Notes under the pieces: model-generated
What the model saw: only the letters and a program-made list of their open reading frames with translations
Database searches by the model: none
Told to the model about the DNA's origin: nothing
Virus record (IMG/VR): IMGVR_UViG_3300048080_000345
Span: 1 to 35,726 of that record
Strand: one strand, 5' to 3'
DNA length: 35,726 nt
Source of the DNA: a virus
Taxonomy: Duplodnaviria; Caudoviricetes
Shown: positions 14,488 through 23,089 of the stretch, piece by piece
Layout of the letters: every line of letters begins with the position of its first letter
Position numbering within the stretch: position 1 is the stretch's first letter
Position numbers and translations under genes: made by a program

Positions 14488-15294
14488 GTGGCCGCCGACC
14501 GAGCCGCGGCCGCGGCGGACCTTCGGTCCAAGCTCACGCTCGAGGCCCGCCTGCGCCGCGAGTGGCGCGCGGTCGAGAAGTCCGTGGTTCGCCGGGTAGT
14601 GGCGGACGTCTCCTCGGCCCTCGTCCTGCCGGACGTGGAGGGAATGTCCGCCGCCCTCGCCGAGCCGGTCCTGCTCTCCCACTACGAGCGGGTCGTGGAG
14701 GAGTTCTCGGGGCGGGTCGAGAAGGGCCTGCCTCCGGACGCCCGGCTTTCGGACGAGGAGAAGGCCGCCCTGGCCGCGTCCCTCGCCGGCGGCCTCGCCC
14801 TGCGGGCCAAGGCCCAGAGCTCGGCCATCGCCAAGACCAACGCGAAGGACGCGGCGACCGCCCTCGAGGTCGCGCGCCTCGAGGCGGACCGCCTCGTGTC
14901 CGAGGGCCAGCCGGCGCTCGGCCGGCGCGGCCTCGCGATCATCGCGGGGGTCGTGCTCGACCGACGCCTGCGCGGGCGAACCGAGGCCGTGGTCGTGCTC
15001 GAGACCCAGGCGCCGGCGGAGGGGACCAAGTTCGCCGAGGCCGAGGCCCTCGGGTTCGGGGCGCCCGGCTCTTCGGTGAAGGAGTGGGTCACCCAGGGCG
15101 ACGATCGGGTTCGCCCCCACCACCTCGACGTCGACTCCGACCAGGTCGCGGCGAGCGAGCCGTTCGAGGTCATGGGGGAGCAGCTGATGTTTCCGGGGGA
15201 CACCTCCCTGGGCGCGAGCCCCGAGAACGTGGTCAACTGCCGATGCGCCGCCGTCTACGACGTGGAGCCGGTCGCGTCGGCCCGGCAGAGGTAG
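14488..15294 (+). CDS. Head morphogenesis protein, Mu gpF/SPP1 gp7 family
   Basis: KEWVTQGDDRVRPHH..LMFPGD..NVVNCRC. Confidence 0.92.
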   Translation: MAADRAAAAADLRSKLTLEARLRREWRAVEKSVVRRVVADVSSALVLPDVEGMSAALAEPVLLSHYERVVEEFSGRVEKGLPPDARLSDEEKAALAASLAGGLALRAKAQSSAIAKTNAKDAATALEVARLEADRLVSEGQPALGRRGLAIIAGVVLDRRLRGRTEAVVVLETQAPAEGTKFAEAEALGFGAPGSSVKEWVTQGDDRVRPHHLDVDSDQVAASEPFEVMGEQLMFPGDTSLGASPENVVNCRCAAVYDVEPVASARQR

Positions 15295-15347
15295 GCCTCG
15301 CGCGCTCGAGCGGGCGCGAGGTAGAATCCACAGGAAGCGAGGACCCG

Positions 15348-16238
15348 ATGGACGACCCGAACGTGACCGAGACCGCGCCCGAGCTCGACGCCGAGGCCCT
15401 GCTCAAGGCGGCCGCGGGCGACGCGCTCGCCGCGCGCGAGCACGCGGAGTTCGAGCGAGTAGGGGACGCGCTCTCGGACCCCGAAGCGGACGAGGAGGCC
15501 CTCGAGGAGCTCGACGACGAGGCCCCCGCGATGGAGGTCAGGACCTTCCGCGGCGGGATCCGCGAGGTCAAAGAGGCGAACCGCAACGGCATCGCGGTTG
15601 GGATCGTGACCGGCTACCTCTCCACGTGGGAGCCGGACACGGGCGGGCGCTTCGGCGTTCCCGACAAGTTCGAGCGAGGCGCCTGGTCGAAGTCCCTCCA
15701 GGAGCACCGCAACCGCGGGAACCGCCAGGTTCGGCTCAAGGACATGCACGGCCGGACGATCGGCGGGTTCCCCATCGACTCCGTGAGGGAGGACGAGGTC
15801 GGCCTGTACGGCGCGGGGGAGATCAACCTCGAGACCCAGCTGGGGCGCGAGGCCTATTCCCTCGCGAAGCAGAAGGTCCTGACGGACTTCTCGGTCGGAT
15901 ACATCGCGACGAGCGACAAGCTCGAGGCCGCCCTCCGCCGAATCTTCGAGGCGATCCTGCTCGAGGGCTCGATCGTGGACGAGCCCGCGAACCAGGGCGC
16001 CCGGATCCTCGAGGTCAAGCGCGCGGCCCTGTACCGGGCCGCGGACGTGAAGGCGATGACGACGCGGGGGATCGAGAGGGCCCTCCACGAGTCGGGCGCG
16101 TTCTCCCTCCGCGCGGCTCGGATTCTCGTCGCCCGCTTGACGCCGGCGCCGGCGCGCTACGATGATGACGAAAAGAAGGCCGCCGCGATCCTTCGGGACC
16201 TGAAGGGAGCTCGCGACGACCTGGCGGGTCGATCGTAG
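15348..16238 (+). CDS. HK97-family prohead protease with acidic N-terminal extension
   Basis: GYLSTW..DKFERGAW..DMH..IG..DFSVGY..LLEGSIVDEPANQGARI. Confidence 0.93.
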   Translation: MDDPNVTETAPELDAEALLKAAAGDALAAREHAEFERVGDALSDPEADEEALEELDDEAPAMEVRTFRGGIREVKEANRNGIAVGIVTGYLSTWEPDTGGRFGVPDKFERGAWSKSLQEHRNRGNRQVRLKDMHGRTIGGFPIDSVREDEVGLYGAGEINLETQLGREAYSLAKQKVLTDFSVGYIATSDKLEAALRRIFEAILLEGSIVDEPANQGARILEVKRAALYRAADVKAMTTRGIERALHESGAFSLRAARILVARLTPAPARYDDDEKKAAAILRDLKGARDDLAGRS

Positions 16239-16340
16239 GCCCGCGCCCGGGAATGGTCGGCGGGACGTCGACTCCCACTCGAGAGCAGAAACACGAACCG
16301 CGCGCCGCGCATAGACGCGGCCGCAAGGGAGAAAACGTCC

Positions 16341-17603
16341 ATGGAGAAGCCGACGCTCGAGGAAATCGGTCAGGCAGTGACCGAGCTTCGCGCCGAAGTC
16401 AAGAAGGCCGTCCGCAACCCGGAGAAGGAGCAGAAGATCCACGACTTCCTGGACACGGCGGAGGAGAAGGTCATCCAGCCCCTCGCCCGAGCCGCGCAGG
16501 AGATCAAGAACCGCGAGAACGAGGTCAAGGACCTCCAGGCTCGCCTCGAGGCGTCCGGCAAGACCGGCGCCGAGGTGAAGGCCCGGGTCGATGCGCTCGA
16601 GGCGGAGCTCGCTCGCGGGGACTACCGCTCGAAGGTCGAGCGGAACTACAAGGAGGGCGACGAGTACAAGGCCCTCAACGGGTTCTGCCGGCAGGGCCTC
16701 AACGGGATGACGCCGGAGCACAAGGCGCTCCTGCGGACCGACTCCGCGGTCGACGGCGGGTTCCTGACCACGACCGAGATGGACACGGAGATCACGAAGA
16801 AGATCACGGAAATCGACCCGATCCGATCGGTCGCCCGCGTGCGGTCGACCGCGTCGAAGTCGCTCGAGCTCCCGATCCGGAACACGATCCCCGTGGCGAC
16901 CTACGAGGGCGAGGCGGACACCGGCGCGGACTCCGCGTCGGCGTACCAGAACGAGACCGTCGTTCCGTACCGCCAGACGTTCACGGTCCCGATCACGATG
17001 GACATGCTGATGAACGCCGCGTTCGACATGGACTCCGAGATCATGTCCGACGCGGCCGAGGCCTTCGCCTTCGGCGAGGGCAACGGGTTCGTCGTGGGAA
17101 CCGGCTTCAAGCAGCCGGCGGGCTTCGTGAACAACGCGACCCTCCAGGCGGCCGCTCGGCTGTCCGGCGTGTCGGGCGTGCTCACCCCGAATTCGATCAT
17201 CCTCCTGACGGGCGACCTCAAGGTGGGCTACGCCCCGGTCTACGTGCTCAACCGGCGCACCCTGGCGCTGATCCGGACGTTCCGCGGCGACGCGGCCTCG
17301 CCCGGCGACGCGGCGGGGCAGTTCCTCTGGCTGCCCGGCATGAATGGCCCGGTGGCGGCGACCCTGAACGGGTTCCCGTACATCCTGGCGAATTCGATGC
17401 CGGACGTGGCCGCGAGCGCGTTCCCGATCGCCTTCGGCGACTTCCGCCGCGGGTACACGATCGTGGACCGGACCGGCATCAGCGTGATCCGCGACGAGTT
17501 CACCCTCAAGAAGAAGGCGATCGTCGAGTTCACCCTGAACCGATGGAACACGGGCCGCGTGACGCTGCCCGAGGCCATCAAGCTCCTCCAGATCACCGCG
17601 TAG
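16341..17603 (+). CDS. Major capsid protein, HK97 family with coiled-coil delta domain
   Basis: DGGFL, EGNGFVVGTGFKQPAGF, FLWLPG..TLNGFP, AFGDFRRGYTIVDR. Confidence 0.97.
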   Translation: MEKPTLEEIGQAVTELRAEVKKAVRNPEKEQKIHDFLDTAEEKVIQPLARAAQEIKNRENEVKDLQARLEASGKTGAEVKARVDALEAELARGDYRSKVERNYKEGDEYKALNGFCRQGLNGMTPEHKALLRTDSAVDGGFLTTTEMDTEITKKITEIDPIRSVARVRSTASKSLELPIRNTIPVATYEGEADTGADSASAYQNETVVPYRQTFTVPITMDMLMNAAFDMDSEIMSDAAEAFAFGEGNGFVVGTGFKQPAGFVNNATLQAAARLSGVSGVLTPNSIILLTGDLKVGYAPVYVLNRRTLALIRTFRGDAASPGDAAGQFLWLPGMNGPVAATLNGFPYILANSMPDVAASAFPIAFGDFRRGYTIVDRTGISVIRDEFTLKKKAIVEFTLNRWNTGRVTLPEAIKLLQITA

Positions 17604-17648
17604 GCGGAGAAGGTCGAAGAGGCGGAGACGGAAACGTAGAACCGAGAA

Positions 17649-17672
17649 CCCCGCCGGCCGAGGCCGGCGGGG
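17649..17672 (+). other. GC-rich hairpin after the capsid gene (mRNA stabiliser/attenuator candidate)
   Basis: CCCCGCCGGCC-GA-GGCCGGCGGGG; no U-tract. Confidence 0.5.
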
Positions 17673-17694
17673 ATCCTCGAAGGAGAAAAGGGTC

Positions 17695-18117
17695 ATGGAG
17701 TTCGATCTTCACAGCGAAATCAAGATCGCCTCGGTCATCACGCCCACGGCGGGCGCGGCGGCCGGCGCGTCGACGGTCGGGAGCATCATCGACACGCTCG
17801 GCTTCGAGAGCTTCGAGTACGTGATCCAGACCGGAACGATCACGACCGGGACGTTCTCGCTCACCCTCCAGGAGGCGGACGACGTCGGCTTCACGGTCGG
17901 CGTTCAGGCGGTCCCCGCGGCGAACCTGCTCGGGGCCTCCCCGACGTGGATCGTCTCGGACGACAACCAGGTCCGCCGAGTCGGGATCATCGGGAAGAAG
18001 CGGTTCCAGCGGCTGACGCTGGTCGGCGCCTCGACCCCGGTCGGCGCGTTCTCGGCGTGCGCGATCCTCGGGAACCCGGGCTCGGCCCCGACGGCCGCGC
18101 AGGCGACGACGAGCTAG
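17695..18117 (+). CDS. Putative capsid decoration/cement protein
   Basis: 140 aa beta-rich (IIDTLGFESFEY..KKRFQRL) directly after MCP; AAGGAG SD. Confidence 0.65.
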   Translation: MEFDLHSEIKIASVITPTAGAAAGASTVGSIIDTLGFESFEYVIQTGTITTGTFSLTLQEADDVGFTVGVQAVPAANLLGASPTWIVSDDNQVRRVGIIGKKRFQRLTLVGASTPVGAFSACAILGNPGSAPTAAQATTS

Positions 18118-18237
18118 ACGAGGGCGAACAACGAAGCGGAGGCGAGGGGAAGGCGACGAAGCTCCTCTCGTGGGAAGGCAAGCAGACGCGCGCCAAACCC
18201 TCGCCTCCTTCCCCCTCTCGGGGGAAAGGAGTTCCAC

Positions 18238-18729
18238 GTGAAGACGTTTCTCGGGCTTCGAGCGGCCGCCCTGGTGGCGCTCGCCCTGCTCTCGCTCTCT
18301 CCCGGGGTCGCCGGCGCCGCGCACGGGGTCTGCATCCAGGGAAGCTCCCCGGCCGTGGCCGCGCGGTTCTCCGGGCTCAGCCTGACCACGCTCCCCGGCT
18401 CGAGCGGCGGGAAGGGGGTCTACCTCCAACTCATGCAGATGGGGATCGCCGCGAACACGGTCGGGGCTCGGATCACGACCGCCGCGGTCTTGGACGCCGA
18501 CCTCGCGGTCCTCACCCCCGGCTTCGCGTTTGGCCCCGACGCCCCCGATACGGTCATTCGGGAGGGAACCTCCCCCACCGGCGCCGTCGAGGGAGACTTC
18601 ATCGCGACCGTGGCGAACGTGTTCAATACGGCCTCGATCTTCATTCCGCCCGGGAAGGTCGTAACCTTCCTCCACGTGACCGTGAACACCGCCCTCACCA
18701 TGACGGTATGCTTCGTCGAGGCCGACTAG
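18238..18729 (+). CDS. Signal-peptide-bearing beta-rich protein within the head module
   Basis: MKTFLGLRAAALVALALLSLSPGVAGA leader; AAGGAG SD. Confidence 0.75.
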   Translation: MKTFLGLRAAALVALALLSLSPGVAGAAHGVCIQGSSPAVAARFSGLSLTTLPGSSGGKGVYLQLMQMGIAANTVGARITTAAVLDADLAVLTPGFAFGPDAPDTVIREGTSPTGAVEGDFIATVANVFNTASIFIPPGKVVTFLHVTVNTALTMTVCFVEAD

Positions 18730-18774
18730 GACCTCGGAGAAACCCACCCCCACCCGCAAACCAAGGAGCCCCAC

Positions 18775-19044
18775 GTGAAGCGAGTTCGATTTCTCGAAGA
18801 CGGCCGCCGCGCCCACCCCTCCGACGTGACCTTCCCCCAGCTTCAGCACGAGGCCGGAAAGTCCTACGACCTGCCCGACGAGATGGCGGACTGCGCCCTC
18901 GCCTCGCGCAACGCGAAGGGGGAGCCGCGCTGCGAGCTCGACGAGGACCAGCCCGAGGTCGAGGCCCCGGTCGCCGACGACTCGAAGGCGAAGGGCGGCA
19001 AGCGCGAGGACAAGAAGGGCCGGGGCGCGAAGGCGCTGGAGTAG
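18775..19044 (+). CDS. Small hypothetical head-region protein
   Basis: AAGGAG SD; 89 aa, charged tail; usual position before the connector. Confidence 0.75.
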   Translation: MKRVRFLEDGRRAHPSDVTFPQLQHEAGKSYDLPDEMADCALASRNAKGEPRCELDEDQPEVEAPVADDSKAKGGKREDKKGRGAKALE

Positions 19045-19047
19045 GCC

Positions 19048-19650
19048 GTGCCCGCCGGGTCCCAGGTCTACCAGCTGACGGAGGCCGGGACCCCGCCGGT
19101 CACGGTCGAGGAGCTCAAGGGCTACCTCAAGCTGCCCGAGACCGACGCGGACGACGCTCTGCTCGCGACCATCCTCAAGGCCGCGACGGAGGTCGCCGAA
19201 TCCTACACCCGGCGATCCTTCCGCGTCTCGACGTGGACGCTCACCCTGGATGAGTTCTGCGATCGGATCACGCTTCGCCGGGACCCGGTGACGGAGATCA
19301 CCTCGATCACCCGGCTCGTGGCCGCCGTGGCCGTGGCGGTCTCGGCCGCGGTCTACTACCTCAAGAAGGGGGTCCAGACCTCCGAGGTCCTGCTCGCCCT
19401 CGACCAGGACTGGCCGGACGACGTGGACGAGCGCGAGGGCGCCATCGTGGTCACGTTCAAGACCGGGCCCCACAAGCGGGTCGCCTCCGCGAAGGACGCG
19501 ATCCTGCGCCTGGCGGCGTACCTCTACGAGAACCGGGGGGACTGCGGGGACCTCTCCGCCGTCGGCTTCGGGACCACGGTCTCGACCGACGCGATCAAGG
19601 CGTCCGGGGCCCACGTGATCCTGGACCAGCTCCGGGTCTCGAGGGTGTAG
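19048..19650 (+). CDS. Head-tail connector (HK97 gp6/phiE125 gp8-like)
   Basis: PVTVEELKGYLKL..DDALL..AESYTRRSF..AILRLAAYLYENRG. Confidence 0.92.
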   Translation: MPAGSQVYQLTEAGTPPVTVEELKGYLKLPETDADDALLATILKAATEVAESYTRRSFRVSTWTLTLDEFCDRITLRRDPVTEITSITRLVAAVAVAVSAAVYYLKKGVQTSEVLLALDQDWPDDVDEREGAIVVTFKTGPHKRVASAKDAILRLAAYLYENRGDCGDLSAVGFGTTVSTDAIKASGAHVILDQLRVSRV

Positions 19651-19651
19651 C

Positions 19652-20056
19652 GTGTCGGCCGCGACGAACGCCCTCGAGGACGCGCTTCTCAATCTGCTTT
19701 TGAACAACGTCGCGCTTCCATTCTCGCTCGCTGGCGTCCACGTCGGGCTCTCGACCTCCGTCCCGACCGACGCGGGCTCGACGAGCGGCGAGCCGGTCGG
19801 CGCCGGATACGCGCGGCAGCCGGTGACCGGGCTCTTCACCGTTTCCGGTGGCGGCGTGGGGCAGGCCTTCAACAACGTGAACGTGGAGTTCCCGATCGCC
19901 ACCGGCTCGTGGGGCACGATCACCCACGCGTTCCTGATCACGGCCTCTTCAGGTGGAACCATGCTGGTTCACTCCGTCATCTCCGCCGGGACGCCTATCT
20001 CGATCAACCAGGTAGCTAGGTTGCTGGCCGGCGCTTTGATCGTGACGGCCGCGTAG
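19652..20056 (+). CDS. Virion structural protein, fibre-associated family
   Basis: VGLSTSVPTDAG..GAGYARQPV..VEFPIATGSWGTITH pattern widespread in phage fibre/structural modules. Confidence 0.75.
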   Translation: MSAATNALEDALLNLLLNNVALPFSLAGVHVGLSTSVPTDAGSTSGEPVGAGYARQPVTGLFTVSGGGVGQAFNNVNVEFPIATGSWGTITHAFLITASSGGTMLVHSVISAGTPISINQVARLLAGALIVTAA

Positions 20057-20070
20057 AAAAGGATTCCCCC

Positions 20071-20592
20071 GTGAAGTTCGTCCTCGTCACCGTCACCCTC
20101 GAATCGGACCCCAGAAACCCGCTAGTCCGGATGTACCGTTACCCGGACTCGTACGATTGGCAGGAGATCGAGCTCGCCAAGCGCGGTCCGCACATGTACC
20201 AGGGAACCATGACGGTCTTGAGAATGGCGGAGAGCGAGGAGCTGCTCCTGTGCCTCAGGGACGACGTCGCCGACAAGCTCGCGAAGGACGGGAGCGGGCT
20301 CTGCCGAGAGGTGACCGCCGCGGAGGCGGACGCGTGGCTCGCGGTGGTCCTCGCCTCGGTCCCCGACGAGATGGTGACGAACCCGACCCGGGTCTCCTTG
20401 ATCGAGGCGAAGATCGCGGCCGGCGTCGAGCTCACCCAGGACGACGTCGACGTCCTCGACGTGAACAACCCGAAGGCCGTCATCGCTCGGGTCCCGAAGA
20501 CGGTCGAGGGAATCTTCGAGCTCTCGGCGATCGAGCCGGCCGGGGTGGTCGAGGCGGTCGCGGACGCGGAGCTTCCCGCCGCCAAGGGGTAG
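20071..20592 (+). CDS. Hypothetical acidic protein
   Basis: AAAGGA SD; 173 aa, typical codon usage. Confidence 0.75.
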   Translation: MKFVLVTVTLESDPRNPLVRMYRYPDSYDWQEIELAKRGPHMYQGTMTVLRMAESEELLLCLRDDVADKLAKDGSGLCREVTAAEADAWLAVVLASVPDEMVTNPTRVSLIEAKIAAGVELTQDDVDVLDVNNPKAVIARVPKTVEGIFELSAIEPAGVVEAVADAELPAAKG

Positions 20593-20595
20593 GCC

Positions 20596-21609
20596 GTGGC
20601 TAACCTCTTCATGACCGGGCCTGGGAACAAGGTCTCCGCCTTCGCCGGTTTCTCTGGGACGCTCGTCGGAACGATCGATGTGGCCGCGAACCCGGGCGGG
20701 GTTCTGGTCGAGACGGTCGGCCCCGACGGGAAGAACCACGTCATCGTCTCGAACTCCGCGAACTTCTACCGCCACGACGCGGGATTCTCCTCGACGATCA
20801 TCGACACGTTCAATCATTTCGGGATCTTCTATCGGGACCTCGGGCGCGACGCCTCGGGAAATCTTCAAGCGGCGACGGGCCTCTTCAACTCGTACGTTAA
20901 GTACGCCGGGATCAGCGGAACGGTCCTGGCCAGCTTCAGCGGCAACTCCGGCAACTTCATCGACCCGGACACGTCCGGCGACAACTACACGGGTCAGGTG
21001 ATCGCCGGCGTTCCGTCCTTCGCGAAGGTCGCGGGGTTCTCTAGCACGATTCTGTCCTCGTTCTCGCTCATCTTCGACATCTTCATCACCGGCGGAAAGG
21101 CGCTCTCGAACAACGACATGGTCGCGGTCCGGTACTCGGCGCTCTTCGGCGGCATCCAAGTGGTCTCGTGGTTCCTCGGATTTTCCTCGACGCTCGTCGC
21201 TCAAATTCCGACCCCGGTCGCGGGCCCGCTCGGCGTGGAATACTTCGAGGGGACCTACGACTTCGGGGTCCGCGTGAACGTGAGCGCGACGATGCCGGTC
21301 GTTGTGAACACGGTCAAGCCTCTGAACCTCCGGCTCGTCAAGCTGCTCTTCCCGGCGGCCGCGCCGATCGTCCTCGGCGCGCAGGCGGCGCTCATCAGGC
21401 TCCCGCCGGTCGTGGTCGGGCTCGCGGAGGCGGGCGCCCGGCTCCTGCCCCTGGTGGGCGCGGTCGCCGACTTCGGGCCCGTCGTCTCCGCGAACCCGGC
21501 GGCCCGCGCGCGCGTGGACGCGGGCGCGCGCGTGGCCCCGCGCGGGGACGCGGGCGTGAGGCTCGCCCCCAAGGTAGAAGCGTCGGCCGACTTCGGGCCG
21601 AAGAGGTAA
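20596..21609 (+). CDS. Repeat-containing virion protein (beta-propeller-like repeats)
   Basis: Five G(F/I)S(S/G)T(I/L/V) repeats about 37-43 aa apart; Ala/Val/Pro-rich tail. Confidence 0.7.
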   Translation: MANLFMTGPGNKVSAFAGFSGTLVGTIDVAANPGGVLVETVGPDGKNHVIVSNSANFYRHDAGFSSTIIDTFNHFGIFYRDLGRDASGNLQAATGLFNSYVKYAGISGTVLASFSGNSGNFIDPDTSGDNYTGQVIAGVPSFAKVAGFSSTILSSFSLIFDIFITGGKALSNNDMVAVRYSALFGGIQVVSWFLGFSSTLVAQIPTPVAGPLGVEYFEGTYDFGVRVNVSATMPVVVNTVKPLNLRLVKLLFPAAAPIVLGAQAALIRLPPVVVGLAEAGARLLPLVGAVADFGPVVSANPAARARVDAGARVAPRGDAGVRLAPKVEASADFGPKR

Positions 21610-21618
21610 CCTCCACGC

Positions 21619-22194
21619 ATGGCCCGGAAGAAGATCCCCTACCAGACCGACGTCGCCGTCCTGCTCGAGCACCCGACCGACGTGTTCAACGCGGACCCGC
21701 TCAACTTCACGGACGACGGGTCGACGTGCTCCTTCAAGGTTTTCGACCCGAACGCGGACGAGGTCCTCTCCGCCGCGGAGGCCGGCGGCCAGGTGGTCCT
21801 TTCCGTCTCGGGCGCGGGCGCCTTCAAGGTCGGCCACCTCCTCGAGGTTACCCTGGACTCGGGGATCCTCCACGACTTCACCCTGTCCGCCGTGGACCCG
21901 GCGGCCGGGACCGTGACCGGGTCCCCCGCCCTGCCGACGGGCGCCGCGGCCGGGAACCGCGTTCGGCGTCGGCTCGGGAGCGCGGTCTCCATGACCCAAT
22001 ACGGGACGCCGAAGCTCGGGGAGACCGACTGGGGTTTTGTCGGGACCCTCCTCCGGACCCACCCTGGCCTCGTGCTCGGCCTCGAGGTCGACGTGGAAAT
22101 CTACTTCGTGGGCGCCGTGGGCGGGGGCCTCGACCTGCTCAAGGTCCTCTGCGCCGTGGTCTCCCCCGTCGAAGATTGCGAGGCGTGCTCGTAG
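21619..22194 (+). CDS. Hypothetical beta-rich virion protein
   Basis: 191 aa in the structural operon; TAGTG overlap with the next gene. Confidence 0.75.
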   Translation: MARKKIPYQTDVAVLLEHPTDVFNADPLNFTDDGSTCSFKVFDPNADEVLSAAEAGGQVVLSVSGAGAFKVGHLLEVTLDSGILHDFTLSAVDPAAGTVTGSPALPTGAAAGNRVRRRLGSAVSMTQYGTPKLGETDWGFVGTLLRTHPGLVLGLEVDVEIYFVGAVGGGLDLLKVLCAVVSPVEDCEACS

Positions 22195-22586
22195 TGGGTT
22201 GCTCGAGGGTCAAGCTCCCGAAGAAGAACCGCGCCCCCTGCGTTGGGGACCTACGGGACCGAGTGGTCCTCCAGAATCGCCGGCTCGTGGAGCCCACCTT
22301 CGGGTCGGTCGACCTCTCGGAGGAGTTCACCGGGCGGGAGGTCTGGGCCTCCGTGACGACGAAGACCGGGAGGACGATCTTCGACGGCGTCGCGACGGAC
22401 GTCCCGATCACCCACGAGGTTCTGATTCGGTTCGATTCCTGCGTCACCTCGGAGACGTGGGTCCGGATCGACTCGGGCCACCGCCTCGACGTCGCCCGGG
22501 TGGAGGACCTCGAGGAGCGCCACGAGTGGCTCCTGCTCTCCTGCACCGACAAGGGGTTGGCCGAGAAGGAGGCCTCGCGCGCGTGA
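22194..22586 (+). CDS. Head closure/head-tail adaptor (SPP1 gp16-like)
   Basis: VGDLRDRVVLQ..EVWASV..THEVLIRF..VEDLEERHEWLLLSC. Confidence 0.88.
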   Translation: MGCSRVKLPKKNRAPCVGDLRDRVVLQNRRLVEPTFGSVDLSEEFTGREVWASVTTKTGRTIFDGVATDVPITHEVLIRFDSCVTSETWVRIDSGHRLDVARVEDLEERHEWLLLSCTDKGLAEKEASRA

Positions 22587-23089
22587 GCCGGGAAAACTTC
22601 CTCCTGACGGTTCGCGGGGACCGGATGAACGAGACGGTCTTCGCCCGGATCCGCGGCGGCGAGGTCGCCACGCGGCGGTCGATTCGCCGCGCCTTCTTCG
22701 AGCTCGGCAAGGACCTGAAGGCCGAGGCGAACCGCGAGATCCTGCGCCGACCCAAGCACGGTCGGACCTACATCGTCCGTGGCCGGTCCGGGCGGCCGCG
22801 CCGCCACGTCGCCTCGGCCCCCGGCGAGACCCACGCGAACCTGTCCGGCCGGCTCCGGAGGTCCATCAGCTGGAAGGTCCACGGGGACGAGCGAATGGAG
22901 TTCGGCTACGGGGTATCCACGACCGACGCCAACGCGGCCCCGGAATACGACCTCTTCGTGGAATACGGGACCTCCCGGATGGCCGCGCGCCCGAGCCTGC
23001 GAAACGCCATCGACGCCACCCAGTCCCACGTGGAGCGGGACTTCCAGGACGCCATGACGCGCGCGTTCGAGAAGGGGGCCGCGCCGTGA
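22583..23089 (+). CDS. HK97 gp10-like tail completion protein
   Basis: HVASAPGE..SGRLRRSI..YDLFVEYGTSRMAARPSL. Confidence 0.88.
   Translation: MSRENFLLTVRGDRMNETVFARIRGGEVATRRSIRRAFFELGKDLKAEANREILRRPKHGRTYIVRGRSGRPRRHVASAPGETHANLSGRLRRSISWKVHGDERMEFGYGVSTTDANAAPEYDLFVEYGTSRMAARPSLRNAIDATQSHVERDFQDAMTRAFEKGAAP

Noticed and set aside
17649-17672. Rho-independent terminator after the capsid gene
   Set aside because: Strong stem but no U-tract on either strand; recorded only as a hairpin
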